Of a stretch of 64,000 bases of DNA, positions 47,912-58,365 are shown piece by piece. Location of the stretch: the NCBI GenBank assembly GCA_964547465.1, contig CAZJNI010000002.1:6043-70042 (forward strand). Direction: 5' to 3'. Under the pieces are notes generated by a model. It searched no databases. It had not been told where the DNA came from and saw nothing but the letters and a program-made list of their open reading frames with translations. The position numbers and the translations under genes were made by a program. Origin of the DNA: an uncultured Gammaproteobacteria bacterium. Its GTDB lineage: Bacteria; Patescibacteriota; Microgenomatia; Daviesbacterales; UBA10151. Each line of letters begins with the position of its first letter. The stretch's first letter is position 1.

Positions 47912-49252
47912 ATGGATATTACGGGACTAACATTAACAAAGACTCTAGAAGCTCTTAAAAAAAAAGAGTTTTCTTTGAGAGAGTTAAATAAAGCTTACTT
48001 AGAAAGAATTAAAAGATATAATCGACTGCTTAATGCTTATCTTTTTATAAATGATGAAAATAATAAAATTCCGGCTGCTTTTAAAGATGTAATTTCAACA
48101 AAGGGAATTCCTACTACTGCTTCTTCTAAAATTTTAGAAGGGTATATTCCGCCATATAATGCAACAGTTATTAATTTATTATCCAGCCAAAATGTGGGAA
48201 TAATTGGCAAAACAAATAATGACGAGTTTGCCATGGGATCTTCAAATGAAAATTCAGCTTATGGGGTGGTTAAAAATCCATGGAATCTAGACAAGGTTCC
48301 TGGAGGATCATCTGGTGGATCTGCTGCTGCAGTTTCAGCTGATCTTTGTACATTTGCTCTGGGTTCTGATACAGGTGGATCTATAAGACAACCGGCCTCT
48401 ATTTGTGGAATAGTTGGTTTTAAACCTTCCTATGGAACAGTATCCAGGTATGGACTGATTGCCATGGCCTCATCTTTGGACCAGATTGGACCCATGACAA
48501 AATCTGTGGAAGACGCAGCTTTAGTATTGGAATGGATCTCAGGAGCAGATGGAATGGATAGTAATTCTAAAGGTGGTAAGTGGAAGATGGGGGGAATGGG
48601 GGAAATTAGGGGGATGAGGGTAGGAGTGCCTAAGGAATATTTTGGGGAAGGATTGAACTCAAAAGTAAAAGCAGTTATTCAGGATGCAATTAAAAAATTA
48701 GAAGAGATGGGAGCAGAAATAGTTGAAATAAACCTGCCACACAGTAAATATGCTGTTGCTGTTTATTATATTTTGATGGCTTCTGAAGTTTCCTCAAATT
48801 TAGCCCGATTTGATGGGATAAGATATGGAAAAGATAGAAATCAGTTTGGAGCTGAAGTAAAAAGAAGAATAATGCTTGGAACTTATTCCCTATCTTCAGG
48901 TTACTGGGATGACTACTACGCCCAGGCAGCTAAGGTTCGGACTTTAATAAAGGGGGATTTTGAAAAAGCCTTTGAGAAAGTGGATGCAATGGTTGGTCCA
49001 GTCTCCCCCACCACAGCATGGAATTTGGGAGAAAAAATTGATGATCCTTTAGCTATGTATTTATCTGATGTTTATACTATTCCAGCTAATTTAGCAGGAA
49101 TTCCAGCAATATCGGTGCCTTGTGGTTTTTCTGAAGGGTTACCAGTTGGGCTACATATTCAGGGAAAATTTGGTGACGATAATACTGTTTTACAAACAGC
49201 TTACGCATATGAGCAAGCAACAAATTGGAAAAAGGAAAAACCCAAATTATGA
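47912..49252 (+). CDS. gatA: Asp/Glu-tRNA amidotransferase subunit A
   Basis: KD, GKTN.DEFAMGSS, PGGSSGGSAA, GSDTGGSIRQP, EVKRRIMLG. Confidence 0.97.
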   Translation: MDITGLTLTKTLEALKKKEFSLRELNKAYLERIKRYNRLLNAYLFINDENNKIPAAFKDVISTKGIPTTASSKILEGYIPPYNATVINLLSSQNVGIIGKTNNDEFAMGSSNENSAYGVVKNPWNLDKVPGGSSGGSAAAVSADLCTFALGSDTGGSIRQPASICGIVGFKPSYGTVSRYGLIAMASSLDQIGPMTKSVEDAALVLEWISGADGMDSNSKGGKWKMGGMGEIRGMRVGVPKEYFGEGLNSKVKAVIQDAIKKLEEMGAEIVEINLPHSKYAVAVYYILMASEVSSNLARFDGIRYGKDRNQFGAEVKRRIMLGTYSLSSGYWDDYYAQAAKVRTLIKGDFEKAFEKVDAMVGPVSPTTAWNLGEKIDDPLAMYLSDVYTIPANLAGIPAISVPCGFSEGLPVGLHIQGKFGDDNTVLQTAYAYEQATNWKKEKPKL

Positions 49253-49569
49253 TTATTGAAGCTAGGGCAGATGGGTTGAGTCAACCGATAGATGATACTG
49301 AACAGTTGGGGCATTTAGTGGTAAGAAGGTTAGATCGGTTTACCAGAGGATACATAGAACTCTCCGGTATAGTTCCTATAATAAGTGGGTATAATTATAG
49401 TAGAGAAGATGGTGAATTAACCTTTTTTAAATACTCTATAGATACAACTAACCCAGCCGAAGTAGCCTTGGCTGTAAACCAGGTAAATATCATAAGAAGG
49501 TTGCTTACAAATGGTAGGGCTAATAAAGAATTGGAGGATACTCTGAAATGGGTACTAAATATCCAATGA
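49249..49569 (+). CDS. Hypothetical protein between gatA and gatB
   Basis: 106 aa; ATGA overlaps with both neighbours. Confidence 0.6.
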   Translation: MIIEARADGLSQPIDDTEQLGHLVVRRLDRFTRGYIELSGIVPIISGYNYSREDGELTFFKYSIDTTNPAEVALAVNQVNIIRRLLTNGRANKELEDTLKWVLNIQ

Positions 49570-50909
49570 AATACGAACCTGTAATTGGACTAGAAGTTCA
49601 TGTGGAACTAAATACAAAATCCAAAATGTTTTGCAGATGCAGCGCTGACTATTTTGGCAAGGAACCAAATACGCACACATGCCCGGTATGCTTGGGGCTT
49701 CCTGGGGCCTTGCCTTATATTAACGAGCAGGCTATAGATGATTGTATAAAAATAGGTTTGGCCTTAAACTGCAAGATTTCTGAAAAATCCCTTTTTGAGA
49801 GAAAAAATTATTTTTATCCGGATTTACCCAAAGGTTATCAGATTTCCCAATACAGATGGCCTTTGTGTATCAATGGCTCAATTGAAGTAGAAGAATTAGA
49901 AGGAAGTAGAAGGATTAGAATAAATAGGGCTCATCAGGAAGAGGATACAGGAAAACTAACTCATCGCGGCAGCGAAACTCTAATAGATTTTAACAGATCC
50001 GGAGTGCCTTTAGTGGAAATCGTAACCGAACCTGATTTTAATAATGTAGAACAAATCAGGGATTATGCAAAAAAACTTCAGCAACTCTTTAGATATTTAG
50101 GAGTATCTAATGCCGACATGGAGCGTGGTGATATGCGACTTGAGGCGAACGTATCCGTTCGTCAGATTTCACCTAGGAGGAGTCCAAAGGCCACCTCCGA
50201 GGTGTTGCCTAATTATAGAGTGGAACTTAAAAATATTAATTCTTTTAGGTTCATGGTGGCTGCTGTTGAATATGAAATTAAGCGCCAAATTGCCGCATTA
50301 GAAAAAGGAGAAAAACTTTCTCAAGAAACCAGAGGATGGAATGAGGACAAAAAGTGTACATATCTTCAAAGAAGCAAAGAAGAGGCCCATGATTACCGCT
50401 ATTTTCCCGAACCTGATTTATCTGAATTAATTTTGAGTACAAAAAAAATCCAATCAATCAAAGAATCTCTCCCGGAATTACCATGGAATAAAGCTAAAAG
50501 GTATATATCTGAACTGGGGATTAAAAATTCGGATGCGAAAATACTTTCTGATAACAAAAATTTAGCAGAATTTTTTGAAAGTGCAGTTGAGCATGGAAAA
50601 GAACATAAAATTTCTGCTCAAGATATAGCAAACTACATAATTAACAAAAAAATCGATATAAAAAAAGCCTTACCTTTGCAGGTAGTGGAAGATGTTAAAA
50701 ATAGGGGGATAGGGGTAATTGGGGAGATTGGGGAGATAGAAAAGTTAGCCAAACAAGCCATTAAAGAAAACCAAAAAGCAGCAGAAGATTTTAGAAGCGG
50801 CAAGGAAGCTGCCTTGCAGGTATTAGTAGGAGCAGTAATGAGATTATCAAAAGGTAAAGCTGAAGCCGCTAAAGTTAAAGAAATACTACTTGAAAAACTT
50901 AAAAGTTAG
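49566..50909 (+). CDS. gatB: Asp/Glu-tRNA amidotransferase subunit B
   Basis: VIGLEVHVEL.T.SKMFC, RKNYFYPDLPKGYQISQ, EED.GK, DYRYFPEPD. Confidence 0.97.
   Translation: MKYEPVIGLEVHVELNTKSKMFCRCSADYFGKEPNTHTCPVCLGLPGALPYINEQAIDDCIKIGLALNCKISEKSLFERKNYFYPDLPKGYQISQYRWPLCINGSIEVEELEGSRRIRINRAHQEEDTGKLTHRGSETLIDFNRSGVPLVEIVTEPDFNNVEQIRDYAKKLQQLFRYLGVSNADMERGDMRLEANVSVRQISPRRSPKATSEVLPNYRVELKNINSFRFMVAAVEYEIKRQIAALEKGEKLSQETRGWNEDKKCTYLQRSKEEAHDYRYFPEPDLSELILSTKKIQSIKESLPELPWNKAKRYISELGIKNSDAKILSDNKNLAEFFESAVEHGKEHKISAQDIANYIINKKIDIKKALPLQVVEDVKNRGIGVIGEIGEIEKLAKQAIKENQKAAEDFRSGKEAALQVLVGAVMRLSKGKAEAAKVKEILLEKLKS
50170..50204. repeat. In-frame bipartite palindrome in gatB
   Basis: cacctaggagg...cctccgaggtg, encodes SPRRSPKATSEV. 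Confidence 0.7.
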
Positions 50910-50977
50910 CTGTTTAATTAGTTAGTCGTATATATGCTGGTGATCTTTCGAATAGCCCGGCGTAATAGGACAAAAAT

Positions 50978-53900
50978 ATGGCTAATTTTGTTCACCTTCA
51001 CGGTCACAGCGAATATTCTCTTTTAGACGGTCTTTCAAAAATTCCGGGTTTGGTAAAAACTGTTAAAGATTTAGGCATGGATGCAATAGCAATAACAGAT
51101 CATGGGGTGATGTATGGAGCAATAGAATTTTATAAAGCATGCAAAGAAGCAGAAATAAAACCAATCATAGGTGTTGAGATGTACGTGGCTAAAAGATCTC
51201 ATACAGACAAAGAGGGAAAACTGGATTCAGAGCCGTATCATTTAACAGTTTTAGCAAAGAATTACCAGGGCTATTTAAACTTAATGAAGCTAACTTCCAT
51301 TGCTCATATTGAGGGTTATTATTACAGACCAAGGGTAGATAAAAAACTCTTAAAGCAGTTTAGTGAAGGGTTAATTGCCCTGTCAGGATGTCCAACTGGT
51401 GAATTTATCCGCTCACTGGGTAATCAGGACTTAATAAAAGCGGAAGAAGTGATAAAAAGCTATTTAGAGATTTTCGGTGAAGAGAATTTTTATCTGGAGC
51501 TGCAAAACCATCCATATCAGCAATCAATAGATTTGGCTGTAGATGAAACCATTAGGCGTGATATGCAAAGACTGCTGCAGATTCAAAATAAAACTAAAGA
51601 GGCAGTTAAAGAACTATCTTCCAAGCTGGGAGTAAAAATAGTTGCCACAAATGATTATCACTATATAAAAAAGGAAGATGCGGAGGCTCAAGATGTACTT
51701 TTGTGCATACAAACAGGAAAGCTGTTATCTGAAACAGACAGACTGCGTATGATAGACACGCCAGATTATTTTGTGAAATCCCCGGAAGAAATGGAAGAAA
51801 ACTTTAGGGATTTACCAGAAGCACTGGAGAATACAGTGAAGATTGCGGAGTCAATTGATTTGGAAATACCCCTGGGTATCGCCAGATTTCCAGTATTTAA
51901 AACAGAGGGAAAAACATCGATGGAGTATTTAAGAGAGCTTACCTATAAAAAAGGTGCCGAGAGAGTAAAGATAACCGGAAAGATTAAGGAAAGGATTGAA
52001 TACGAATTAGGCGTAATTGAAAAGAAAAAATATGCAGATTATTTTTTGGTTGTAGCAGATTTTATGGAATGGGCGCATGAGAGGGGAATTATAACTAACA
52101 CCAGAGGTTCAGCTGCCGGGTCTTTAGTTTTGTATTGTTTGGATGTGACTAATTTAAATCCTTTGGATTATCTGCTGCCGTTTGAGAGATTTTTAACAAT
52201 TTATAGACCCACCTTGCCTGATATTGATGCTGATATTGCAGATGATAGACGGGACGAGGTTATTGATTATGTGATGAAAAAGTATGGAGAAGATAGAGTT
52301 GCGCACATTGTCACTTTTGGAACAATGATGGGGCGGGCAGCTGTGAGGGATGTGGGTAGGGTTTTAGGTATGGCATATGGGGAAGTAGATAGAATTGCAA
52401 AATTAATTCCCCCACCTCATCAGGGATTTCATAAACCATTGTCAGAAGCAATGAAAGATGTGCCCGAACTGGCCCAAATGTATAAAGATAATCCTCAAGT
52501 AAAAAATTTACTCAATTTGGCAGTCAAGGTTGAAGGTACTGTCAGGCATGCATCTGTTCATGCTGCCGGTATTGTTATCGCGCCTGATGATATAACCAGA
52601 TTCACTCCGCTCCAAAAAGAGGCAGATGGAGAAAGACTGGTATCCCAATATGACATGTTTGCAGTTGAAGATGCAGGCTTGGTAAAAATGGATCTTTTAG
52701 GGATCAGAAATTTATCAATTTTAGGAAAAGCTGTGGAGTTTGTCAGGGAAAATCAATACATTGCTGTCAATTTAAACAAAATTCCTCTGGAAGATAAAAA
52801 AGCCTTCAGCCTTTTAGCAAAAGGAGATACCATGGGTATTTTTCAGCTGTCTTCCTCCGGTATGACCAGATATTTAGTGGATTTAAAGCCATCCAGAATA
52901 GCAGATTTAGCGGCTATGGTGGCACTATATCGTCCAGGCCCATTATCTGTTATCCCTGACTATATCCAAAGAAAGCATAATCCAAAATTAATTAAATACC
53001 TGGATCCGAGAATGAAAGAATATATGGAGCAATCTTTGGGGCTTTTGGTTTATCAGGAAGATGTTTTATATACGGCAATTAATTTAGCAGGCTATTCCTG
53101 GGAAGAGGCTGATAAATTTAGAAAAGCTATGGGGAAGAAAAATCCCAGCGAGATGGCAAAACAAAAAGGGCATTTTGTGGAGGGTTGTATTGCAAATGGG
53201 ATAAGGAGAGAAAAAGCTGAAAAATTATTTGCATTAATTGCCCCATTTGCGGCTTATGGATTTAATAAAGCCCATGCTGCCAGCTACGCAATGGTGGCTT
53301 ATCAAACAGCCTTTATGAAAGCCAATTTTCCGGTGGAATTTATGGCGGCTGTAATGACAGCTGAATCTGATGATACAGATAAGATCGCCGCGGCGATCGA
53401 GGAGTGTAAACGTTTAGGAATTGTAGTTTTACCACCGGATATAAATAAATCAGAAGTTGGCTTTTCTTTAGAAAAGCTTACAGATTTAAGGAAAGAAGAT
53501 TTAGAAAGGAGTTTGAGTGTATCTGCTGCCTCCAAGGTAAAACAAGGTATCAGGTTTGGTTTATCTGCAGTTAAAAATGTGGGTCTTTTAGCGATTGAGT
53601 CTATTATCAAAGCCAGGACTAATGGCGAATTTAAAAGTCTGGTTGATTTAGTGTCAAGGGTTGATACAAGGTTGGTTAATAGAAAAACTTTGGAGAGTTT
53701 AATTAAGGCCGGGGCACTGGATCAACTGGGACTTAGGTCTGCTCAACTTTTGATTTTGGATCAAGTACTTGAAGAAGGTCATAAAACAGCTAAAAGTAAG
53801 TTATCCGGACAGTTTTCGTTATTTGATTCAGAGGAAGATTTGGGAGGATTGGCCATAAAATTGCCTAATGTTGAGGAGCTACCACTGGAGCAATTACTTA

Positions 53901-54523
53901 TTTTTGAAAAAGATCTGCTTGGTTTTTATTTGCATGAGCCGCCATACCTGGCAGCTTTACAAAAAATCAGTCAGTTTGTAAATTTTAAGATTTCAGATTT
54001 GCTGGATGAACATATAGGTCAAAGACTTGTTTTAGGAGGAGTGATAAGTCAGATTAAGAGAGTGTTTACTAAAAAAAGTAATGCCGAAATGGCCTTTGTC
54101 AGAATTTCTGATGGAGTATCCAGTATTGAAAGTGTAATATTTCCCGCAAACTTTGAATCAAGTAAGCATTTTCTTTTGAAGGATCAGGTAGTAATAGCAA
54201 CCGGAAGAATTGACAAAAGAGAAGAGGAGTTATCTTTTGTTGTAGATAAGATTAGCCTTTTTGAACCAGAGGGTACGAATGAACTTTTTCAAGCCCGGAA
54301 TTCTATTGAGATTTATATCCCCTTTGGAACAGATATAAGCATTTTACAAAATATCAACAGAACTTTAAGGACTTTCCCGGGAAAAGTACCGGTGGTTTTG
54401 CTTTTACCCAGTGGCAGTAGTGAACTGCGAAGAATGAATCTGCCTTTTTCCATTGACCCCAGTCCGGTTTTGGAGGGAGAAGTAAAGAAAATTTTAGGTG
54501 AAGGGGCTTTCAAAAAGGTATAG
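50978..54523 (+). CDS. dnaE: DNA polymerase III alpha subunit
   Basis: [41 protein letters not shown]. Confidence 0.98.
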   Translation: MANFVHLHGHSEYSLLDGLSKIPGLVKTVKDLGMDAIAITDHGVMYGAIEFYKACKEAEIKPIIGVEMYVAKRSHTDKEGKLDSEPYHLTVLAKNYQGYLNLMKLTSIAHIEGYYYRPRVDKKLLKQFSEGLIALSGCPTGEFIRSLGNQDLIKAEEVIKSYLEIFGEENFYLELQNHPYQQSIDLAVDETIRRDMQRLLQIQNKTKEAVKELSSKLGVKIVATNDYHYIKKEDAEAQDVLLCIQTGKLLSETDRLRMIDTPDYFVKSPEEMEENFRDLPEALENTVKIAESIDLEIPLGIARFPVFKTEGKTSMEYLRELTYKKGAERVKITGKIKERIEYELGVIEKKKYADYFLVVADFMEWAHERGIITNTRGSAAGSLVLYCLDVTNLNPLDYLLPFERFLTIYRPTLPDIDADIADDRRDEVIDYVMKKYGEDRVAHIVTFGTMMGRAAVRDVGRVLGMAYGEVDRIAKLIPPPHQGFHKPLSEAMKDVPELAQMYKDNPQVKNLLNLAVKVEGTVRHASVHAAGIVIAPDDITRFTPLQKEADGERLVSQYDMFAVEDAGLVKMDLLGIRNLSILGKAVEFVRENQYIAVNLNKIPLEDKKAFSLLAKGDTMGIFQLSSSGMTRYLVDLKPSRIADLAAMVALYRPGPLSVIPDYIQRKHNPKLIKYLDPRMKEYMEQSLGLLVYQEDVLYTAINLAGYSWEEADKFRKAMGKKNPSEMAKQKGHFVEGCIANGIRREKAEKLFALIAPFAAYGFNKAHAASYAMVAYQTAFMKANFPVEFMAAVMTAESDDTDKIAAAIEECKRLGIVVLPPDINKSEVGFSLEKLTDLRKEDLERSLSVSAASKVKQGIRFGLSAVKNVGLLAIESIIKARTNGEFKSLVDLVSRVDTRLVNRKTLESLIKAGALDQLGLRSAQLLILDQVLEEGHKTAKSKLSGQFSLFDSEEDLGGLAIKLPNVEELPLEQLLIFEKDLLGFYLHEPPYLAALQKISQFVNFKISDLLDEHIGQRLVLGGVISQIKRVFTKKSNAEMAFVRISDGVSSIESVIFPANFESSKHFLLKDQVVIATGRIDKREEELSFVVDKISLFEPEGTNELFQARNSIEIYIPFGTDISILQNINRTLRTFPGKVPVVLLLPSGSSELRRMNLPFSIDPSPVLEGEVKKILGEGAFKKV

Positions 54524-54543
54524 TTTATGTTAACATTACAGCC

Positions 54544-54858
54544 ATGATTTCGGTTAAAGTAGGGGAAACAAATTTACACACAGGGGACACCTTAAGGGTA
54601 CATGCCCAAATTGTTGAAGGCGGGAAAGTAAGGGTGCAGGTTTTTGAGGGAATTTTAATAAGGCTTAAGGGACGGGACGTAAATAAAACATTCACTGTTA
54701 GAAAAATCGGAGCAGCCGGGATAGGGGTAGAGAGAACCTGGCCATTGGATGCAAAAAATATAGTTAAAATTGAGGTAAAGAAGAAAAATTCCGGGGTTAG
54801 AAGATCTAAGCTTTATTATTTAAGAGATTTAACAGGTAAATCAGCTGTTAGAGTTTAA
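54544..54858 (+). CDS. rplS: 50S ribosomal protein L19
   Basis: GD..RV...I.EG.K.R.Q.FEG, FTVRK...[14 protein letters not shown]. Confidence 0.96.
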   Translation: MISVKVGETNLHTGDTLRVHAQIVEGGKVRVQVFEGILIRLKGRDVNKTFTVRKIGAAGIGVERTWPLDAKNIVKIEVKKKNSGVRRSKLYYLRDLTGKSAVRV

Positions 54859-54876
54859 TGCAATCTATCTGCACCT

Positions 54877-55452
54877 ATGGATATTTTTCTGTTCAATTTT
54901 GTATGGATGGGAGAAAATGTTGGACTTGCATTACTCGGATTATTATTCTGTATCCTTTTTTTGCGGACAAAAAATAGTTTCTTTAAAATAATATTTTTTA
55001 TTTCCTGGGTACTTTTCGTTCCAAATACAATTTATCTTGTTACAGATATACACTATCTGCCAGAGCAACTGATAAAAGCAGATATTTTATTTAAGATTAT
55101 TTTAATCATTCAATATTTAGTATTAATTGGACTTGGGGTTGCAATTTATATTGCCTCGGTTTATCCGGTAGAGATTTTTTTTCAAAAAAATAAACGGGAT
55201 AAGGCATATACAGGACTTTTGATATTTCTTTTTAATTTTCTTATAGCATTTGCTGTGGCGATTGGAAAAATACAAAGAACCGAATCCTGGGATATAATTA
55301 TAAATCCTACCAGGGCTTTTTTTGATTTTTATAAATCTGCCTCCTCCTCGCCATTAATGCTCTTTGTAATTGTTTTTGGGTTGGTTTTAAATATTTTATA
55401 TTTTTATATTATCAGGACATTCAAAAAAGATTTGGATAAAATTTTTAAATAG
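54877..55452 (+). CDS. DUF1361-like membrane protein
   Basis: W..F.PN..Y.VTD..Y, G...R..SWD...P. Confidence 0.75.
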   Translation: MDIFLFNFVWMGENVGLALLGLLFCILFLRTKNSFFKIIFFISWVLFVPNTIYLVTDIHYLPEQLIKADILFKIILIIQYLVLIGLGVAIYIASVYPVEIFFQKNKRDKAYTGLLIFLFNFLIAFAVAIGKIQRTESWDIIINPTRAFFDFYKSASSSPLMLFVIVFGLVLNILYFYIIRTFKKDLDKIFK

Positions 55453-55462
55453 TTTTTTGAAC

Positions 55463-55822
55463 ATGAATTCAAAACAGTTTGGAGATTATGGGGAGGATTT
55501 GGCAGTTTGGTATTTAAAGAAGCAAGGGTATGAGATTCTGGAAAGAAATTACCGGATTAGTGGTGGGGAGATAGATATTGTGGCAATGGATGGGGAGACT
55601 TTGGTGTTTGTGGAAGTAAAGAGTAGATGGTCACATGAATTTGGCCCGCCTGCCGAATCTATGACTCCCTGGAAAATTAAATATTTAGTAAAAACCGCTC
55701 AATTTTATGTTTTAAAAATAAACTGGGAAGACAAAGAATATAGATTAGATTTTATTTCTATTGATTTTGCAGATGATCCCGAAAATCCCAAGATTGAGCT
55801 AATCAAAAATATTACTTCTTAG
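55463..55822 (+). CDS. YraN family (UPF0102) endonuclease-like protein
   Basis: G..GE..A..YL...GY.ILERN.R...GEIDIVA.....LVFVEVK. Confidence 0.92.
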   Translation: MNSKQFGDYGEDLAVWYLKKQGYEILERNYRISGGEIDIVAMDGETLVFVEVKSRWSHEFGPPAESMTPWKIKYLVKTAQFYVLKINWEDKEYRLDFISIDFADDPENPKIELIKNITS

Positions 55823-56687
55823 AGTTTCCTTCAACCGCGAATGGAATCTCTTTCCAGTCATGTACTTTCCTGATTTTTTTATCATACTTCCACATTGTTT
55901 CCAGTAAGCTATTGTCTACGCCCATTTTTTTAAACTCTCCCATTATTGCCACCAGGTCTTTGGGAAAACATTTACCTCCAAAGCCTCGCTGCGTGGTAAC
56001 TTCCAGATGATAATCTCCGATTCTGTGATCAAATGCCGCCATTTCTTTTACTTCCTCATATTTAATACCCAGCTTTTGACAGTAATCATAAAAATAATTG
56101 GCAAAAGTAACTTTCATTGACAAAAAAGCATTGGCAAAATATTTAACGCATTCTGCAGTGGTAGGGTCTGTAAAAAATATTTTTTGTTTGGGAAATCTTT
56201 GCCTGAAAATTATTCCAACACTTCTTAAAACCCAATCAGAATCTGCTCCCAAAACAGTTCTTTCCGCATTTAAAAAATCCTCCAGATAATTTGCTTCAGT
56301 TAAAAATTCCGGGTTAAAACAGAATTTAGATTTGGGATATTTCTTTTGAAATTTAGCGGTTGTCCCGGGAATTACTGTAGATTTGATGATGATTATTTTA
56401 TCTGTGTTATCTGTTAATTTGGTTATTTGGGGAATCATATCCTCAAAAATTGATAAATCTATGCCTGATTCATCAGCTTTCATAGGGGTGGGAAGACAGA
56501 CAAAAATAAAATCTGAATTCTTTATTACATTCTCCAGTGGTTCTCCGTCCTTAAATTTGTCATACCATTTTATGGTATCCAGGCCGTTTGAGACAGTTTT
56601 AAAGCCGTTGGCCACAGCCTGGCCCACAAAGCCATACCCGATGATGCCGATTTTGATGGGAATTAATAATGCATCAGTAGTATCCAT
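55812..56687 (-). CDS. UDP-glucose/GDP-mannose dehydrogenase family, short form
   Basis: GYGFVG, CLPTP, KSTV.PGT, NPEFL, AE..KY..N, GFGGKCFPKD. Confidence 0.9.
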   Translation of the reverse strand: MDTTDALLIPIKIGIIGYGFVGQAVANGFKTVSNGLDTIKWYDKFKDGEPLENVIKNSDFIFVCLPTPMKADESGIDLSIFEDMIPQITKLTDNTDKIIIIKSTVIPGTTAKFQKKYPKSKFCFNPEFLTEANYLEDFLNAERTVLGADSDWVLRSVGIIFRQRFPKQKIFFTDPTTAECVKYFANAFLSMKVTFANYFYDYCQKLGIKYEEVKEMAAFDHRIGDYHLEVTTQRGFGGKCFPKDLVAIMGEFKKMGVDNSLLETMWKYDKKIRKVHDWKEIPFAVEGNSKK

Positions 56688-56697
56688 GGCAAATAGT

Positions 56698-56759
56698 ATA
56701 AAGTATCATGTATCATGTATCAAGATACGTTTATGAAGCTAAACGTATCAAGTGTCATG
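56698..56759. repeat. TATCAWG heptamer tract interrupted by an ACGTT-family hairpin (56724-56749)
   Basis: tatcatg tatcatg tatcaag, gatacgttta-tgaagc-taaacgtatc, tatcaag tgtcatg. Confidence 0.7.
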
Positions 56760-57155
56760 AAAGTAATCCAAAAAGTAGCTTTGGCTTTTTTTAAAAATGG
56801 GAAAATGCTGCAGGTAAGAACCAAAAAGCAGAATGAGATATTTTATACCCTGGGAGGGAAAATAGAAAAAGGGGAATCTGATTTAGAGTGTTTAAAAAGA
56901 GAGGTAAAAGAGGAAATAGGTTGTGGAATTGATGATGGATCATTAAAGTTCTTAAAAGAATTTGAGGACGTGGCACATGGGGGCGGAATTTTAAATCTTA
57001 AGTTATATGAAGGGAAAATAATCGGGGAGCCAAAAGCTTCTTCAGAAATTGTAGAAATTGGATATTTTGATACTCAATCAGATCCTAAAAAATTATCTGT
57101 TATTGCACAAAGAACAATCTTTCCCTGGCTTAAGATGCATGGATACATAAATTAA
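56757..57155 (+). CDS. NUDIX hydrolase
   Basis: GGK.E.GE....CL.REV.EE.G Nudix box. Confidence 0.9.
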   Translation: MKVIQKVALAFFKNGKMLQVRTKKQNEIFYTLGGKIEKGESDLECLKREVKEEIGCGIDDGSLKFLKEFEDVAHGGGILNLKLYEGKIIGEPKASSEIVEIGYFDTQSDPKKLSVIAQRTIFPWLKMHGYIN

Positions 57156-57173
57156 GGTATAATTTCAAGGTTT

Positions 57174-57247
57174 GGCGCCATCGTCTAGTGGCCTAGGACG
57201 CTGGGTTTTCATCCCAGAAATCACGGGTTCGACTCCCGTTGGCGCTA
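57174..57247 (+). tRNA. tRNA-Glu(TTC)
   Basis: GGCGCCA/TGGCGCT, CTGGG-TTTTCAT-CCCAG, ACGGG-TTCGACT-CCCGT. Confidence 0.93.
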
Positions 57248-57258
57248 CACTTAAAGTT

Positions 57259-57330
57259 GGTCCGGTAGCTCAGCGGTAGAGCAGGAGCCTTTTAAGCTCT
57301 TGGTCCTCGGTTCGAATCCGAGCCGGATCA
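57259..57330 (+). tRNA. tRNA-Lys(TTT)
   Basis: GGTCCGG/CCGGATC, GGAGC-CTTTTAA-GCTCT, CTCGG-TTCGAAT-CCGAG. Confidence 0.93.
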
Positions 57331-57331
57331 C

Positions 57332-58291
57332 ATGAATCAGCTAAATTGGGTTGATTTGGTGATTTTAGGAACCCTGGTTCTCTTTGCACTGGAGGCAATA
57401 GGCAGACCTTTTATTGTTGAAGTGCTGGATTTGGCAAGCTTTCTGGTAGCTTTTGTTTTTTCTTTTAACTTTTATAATCTTCCTGCCAAATTTTTTGAAA
57501 CTCAATTTAGAATTCCTCACGGGCTGTCTTTAGTTTTGGGATTCATGAGTATGTGGTTTATTTCAGAATTTATTTTTTATTTCATAGTGAGGATATTTAT
57601 TCCCAGGATTCCAAAAATTAAGATACCCTGGGGAGGAACATTATCTGTTATTCCTGCCCTTTTGAGATCTTTAATTTTTATCGCTTTATTTTTGGTTATG
57701 GTTGCCACTTTTCCAATACAGCCTACTATTAAAAAAGCTGTTTTGGATTCTAAATTAGGGAGTGAAATCCTAAAGTATGCTTACGGGTTGGAAAAGCCTG
57801 TAAAGAATGTTTTTGGTGGAGTGGCAAACGATTCCTTAACTTTTCTAACAATTAAGCCAAAAACAGATGAAAGAGTAGATTTAGGATTTCAAACAGCTAA
57901 ATTTTCAGTGGACGAGACATCAGAAAATACCATGATTACTTTGGTTAATAAAGAAAGAGAAAGCAGGGGAATAAAGGCTTTAGTATTTGATGTAAGGCTA
58001 AGAGAGGTGGCAAGGGGCCATAGCGAAGATATGTTCAAAAGAGGTTATTTTTCCCATTATTCCCCGGAAGGTAACTCTGTTGCAGATAGGGCTACTGCTG
58101 CCGGAGTAGATTTTCTGGTAATTGGAGAAAATTTAGCATATGCTCCGGATGTAAATCTTGCACACAGCGGGTTAATGAATTCACAGGGGCATAGAGAAAA
58201 TATTTTATCAAAAGATTATGGCAAAATTGGAATCGGGATAATTGATGGTGGTATTTATGGCAGGATGTTTACCCAGGTATTTAGCAATTAG
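57332..58291 (+). CDS. CvpA-like membrane domain fused to CAP/SCP domain
   Basis: NWVDLVI N-terminus; LVN.ER, A..HS.DM...YFSH, GENLA, MNS.GHRENIL. Confidence 0.88.
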   Translation: MNQLNWVDLVILGTLVLFALEAIGRPFIVEVLDLASFLVAFVFSFNFYNLPAKFFETQFRIPHGLSLVLGFMSMWFISEFIFYFIVRIFIPRIPKIKIPWGGTLSVIPALLRSLIFIALFLVMVATFPIQPTIKKAVLDSKLGSEILKYAYGLEKPVKNVFGGVANDSLTFLTIKPKTDERVDLGFQTAKFSVDETSENTMITLVNKERESRGIKALVFDVRLREVARGHSEDMFKRGYFSHYSPEGNSVADRATAAGVDFLVIGENLAYAPDVNLAHSGLMNSQGHRENILSKDYGKIGIGIIDGGIYGRMFTQVFSN

Positions 58292-58360
58292 TAGTAAGTA
58301 TTAAGTAGTATGTATTATGGTGAGTCGCATAATACTTAATAAATGATACATAATACAAAT
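58290..58360. repeat. Inverted heptamer repeat hairpin
   Basis: taagtat taagtag tatgtat tatg-loop-cata atactta ... atacata atacaaa. Confidence 0.6.
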
Positions 58361-58365
58361 TCTGA

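Noticed and set aside
53383-53398. 16-bp palindrome gatcgccgcggcgatc in dnaE
   Set aside because: Encodes an ordinary helix (IAAAI) with no sign of insertion and no second copy.
50978-54523. Intein in DnaE
   Set aside because: Normal length; only short loop insertions and no intein terminal motifs.
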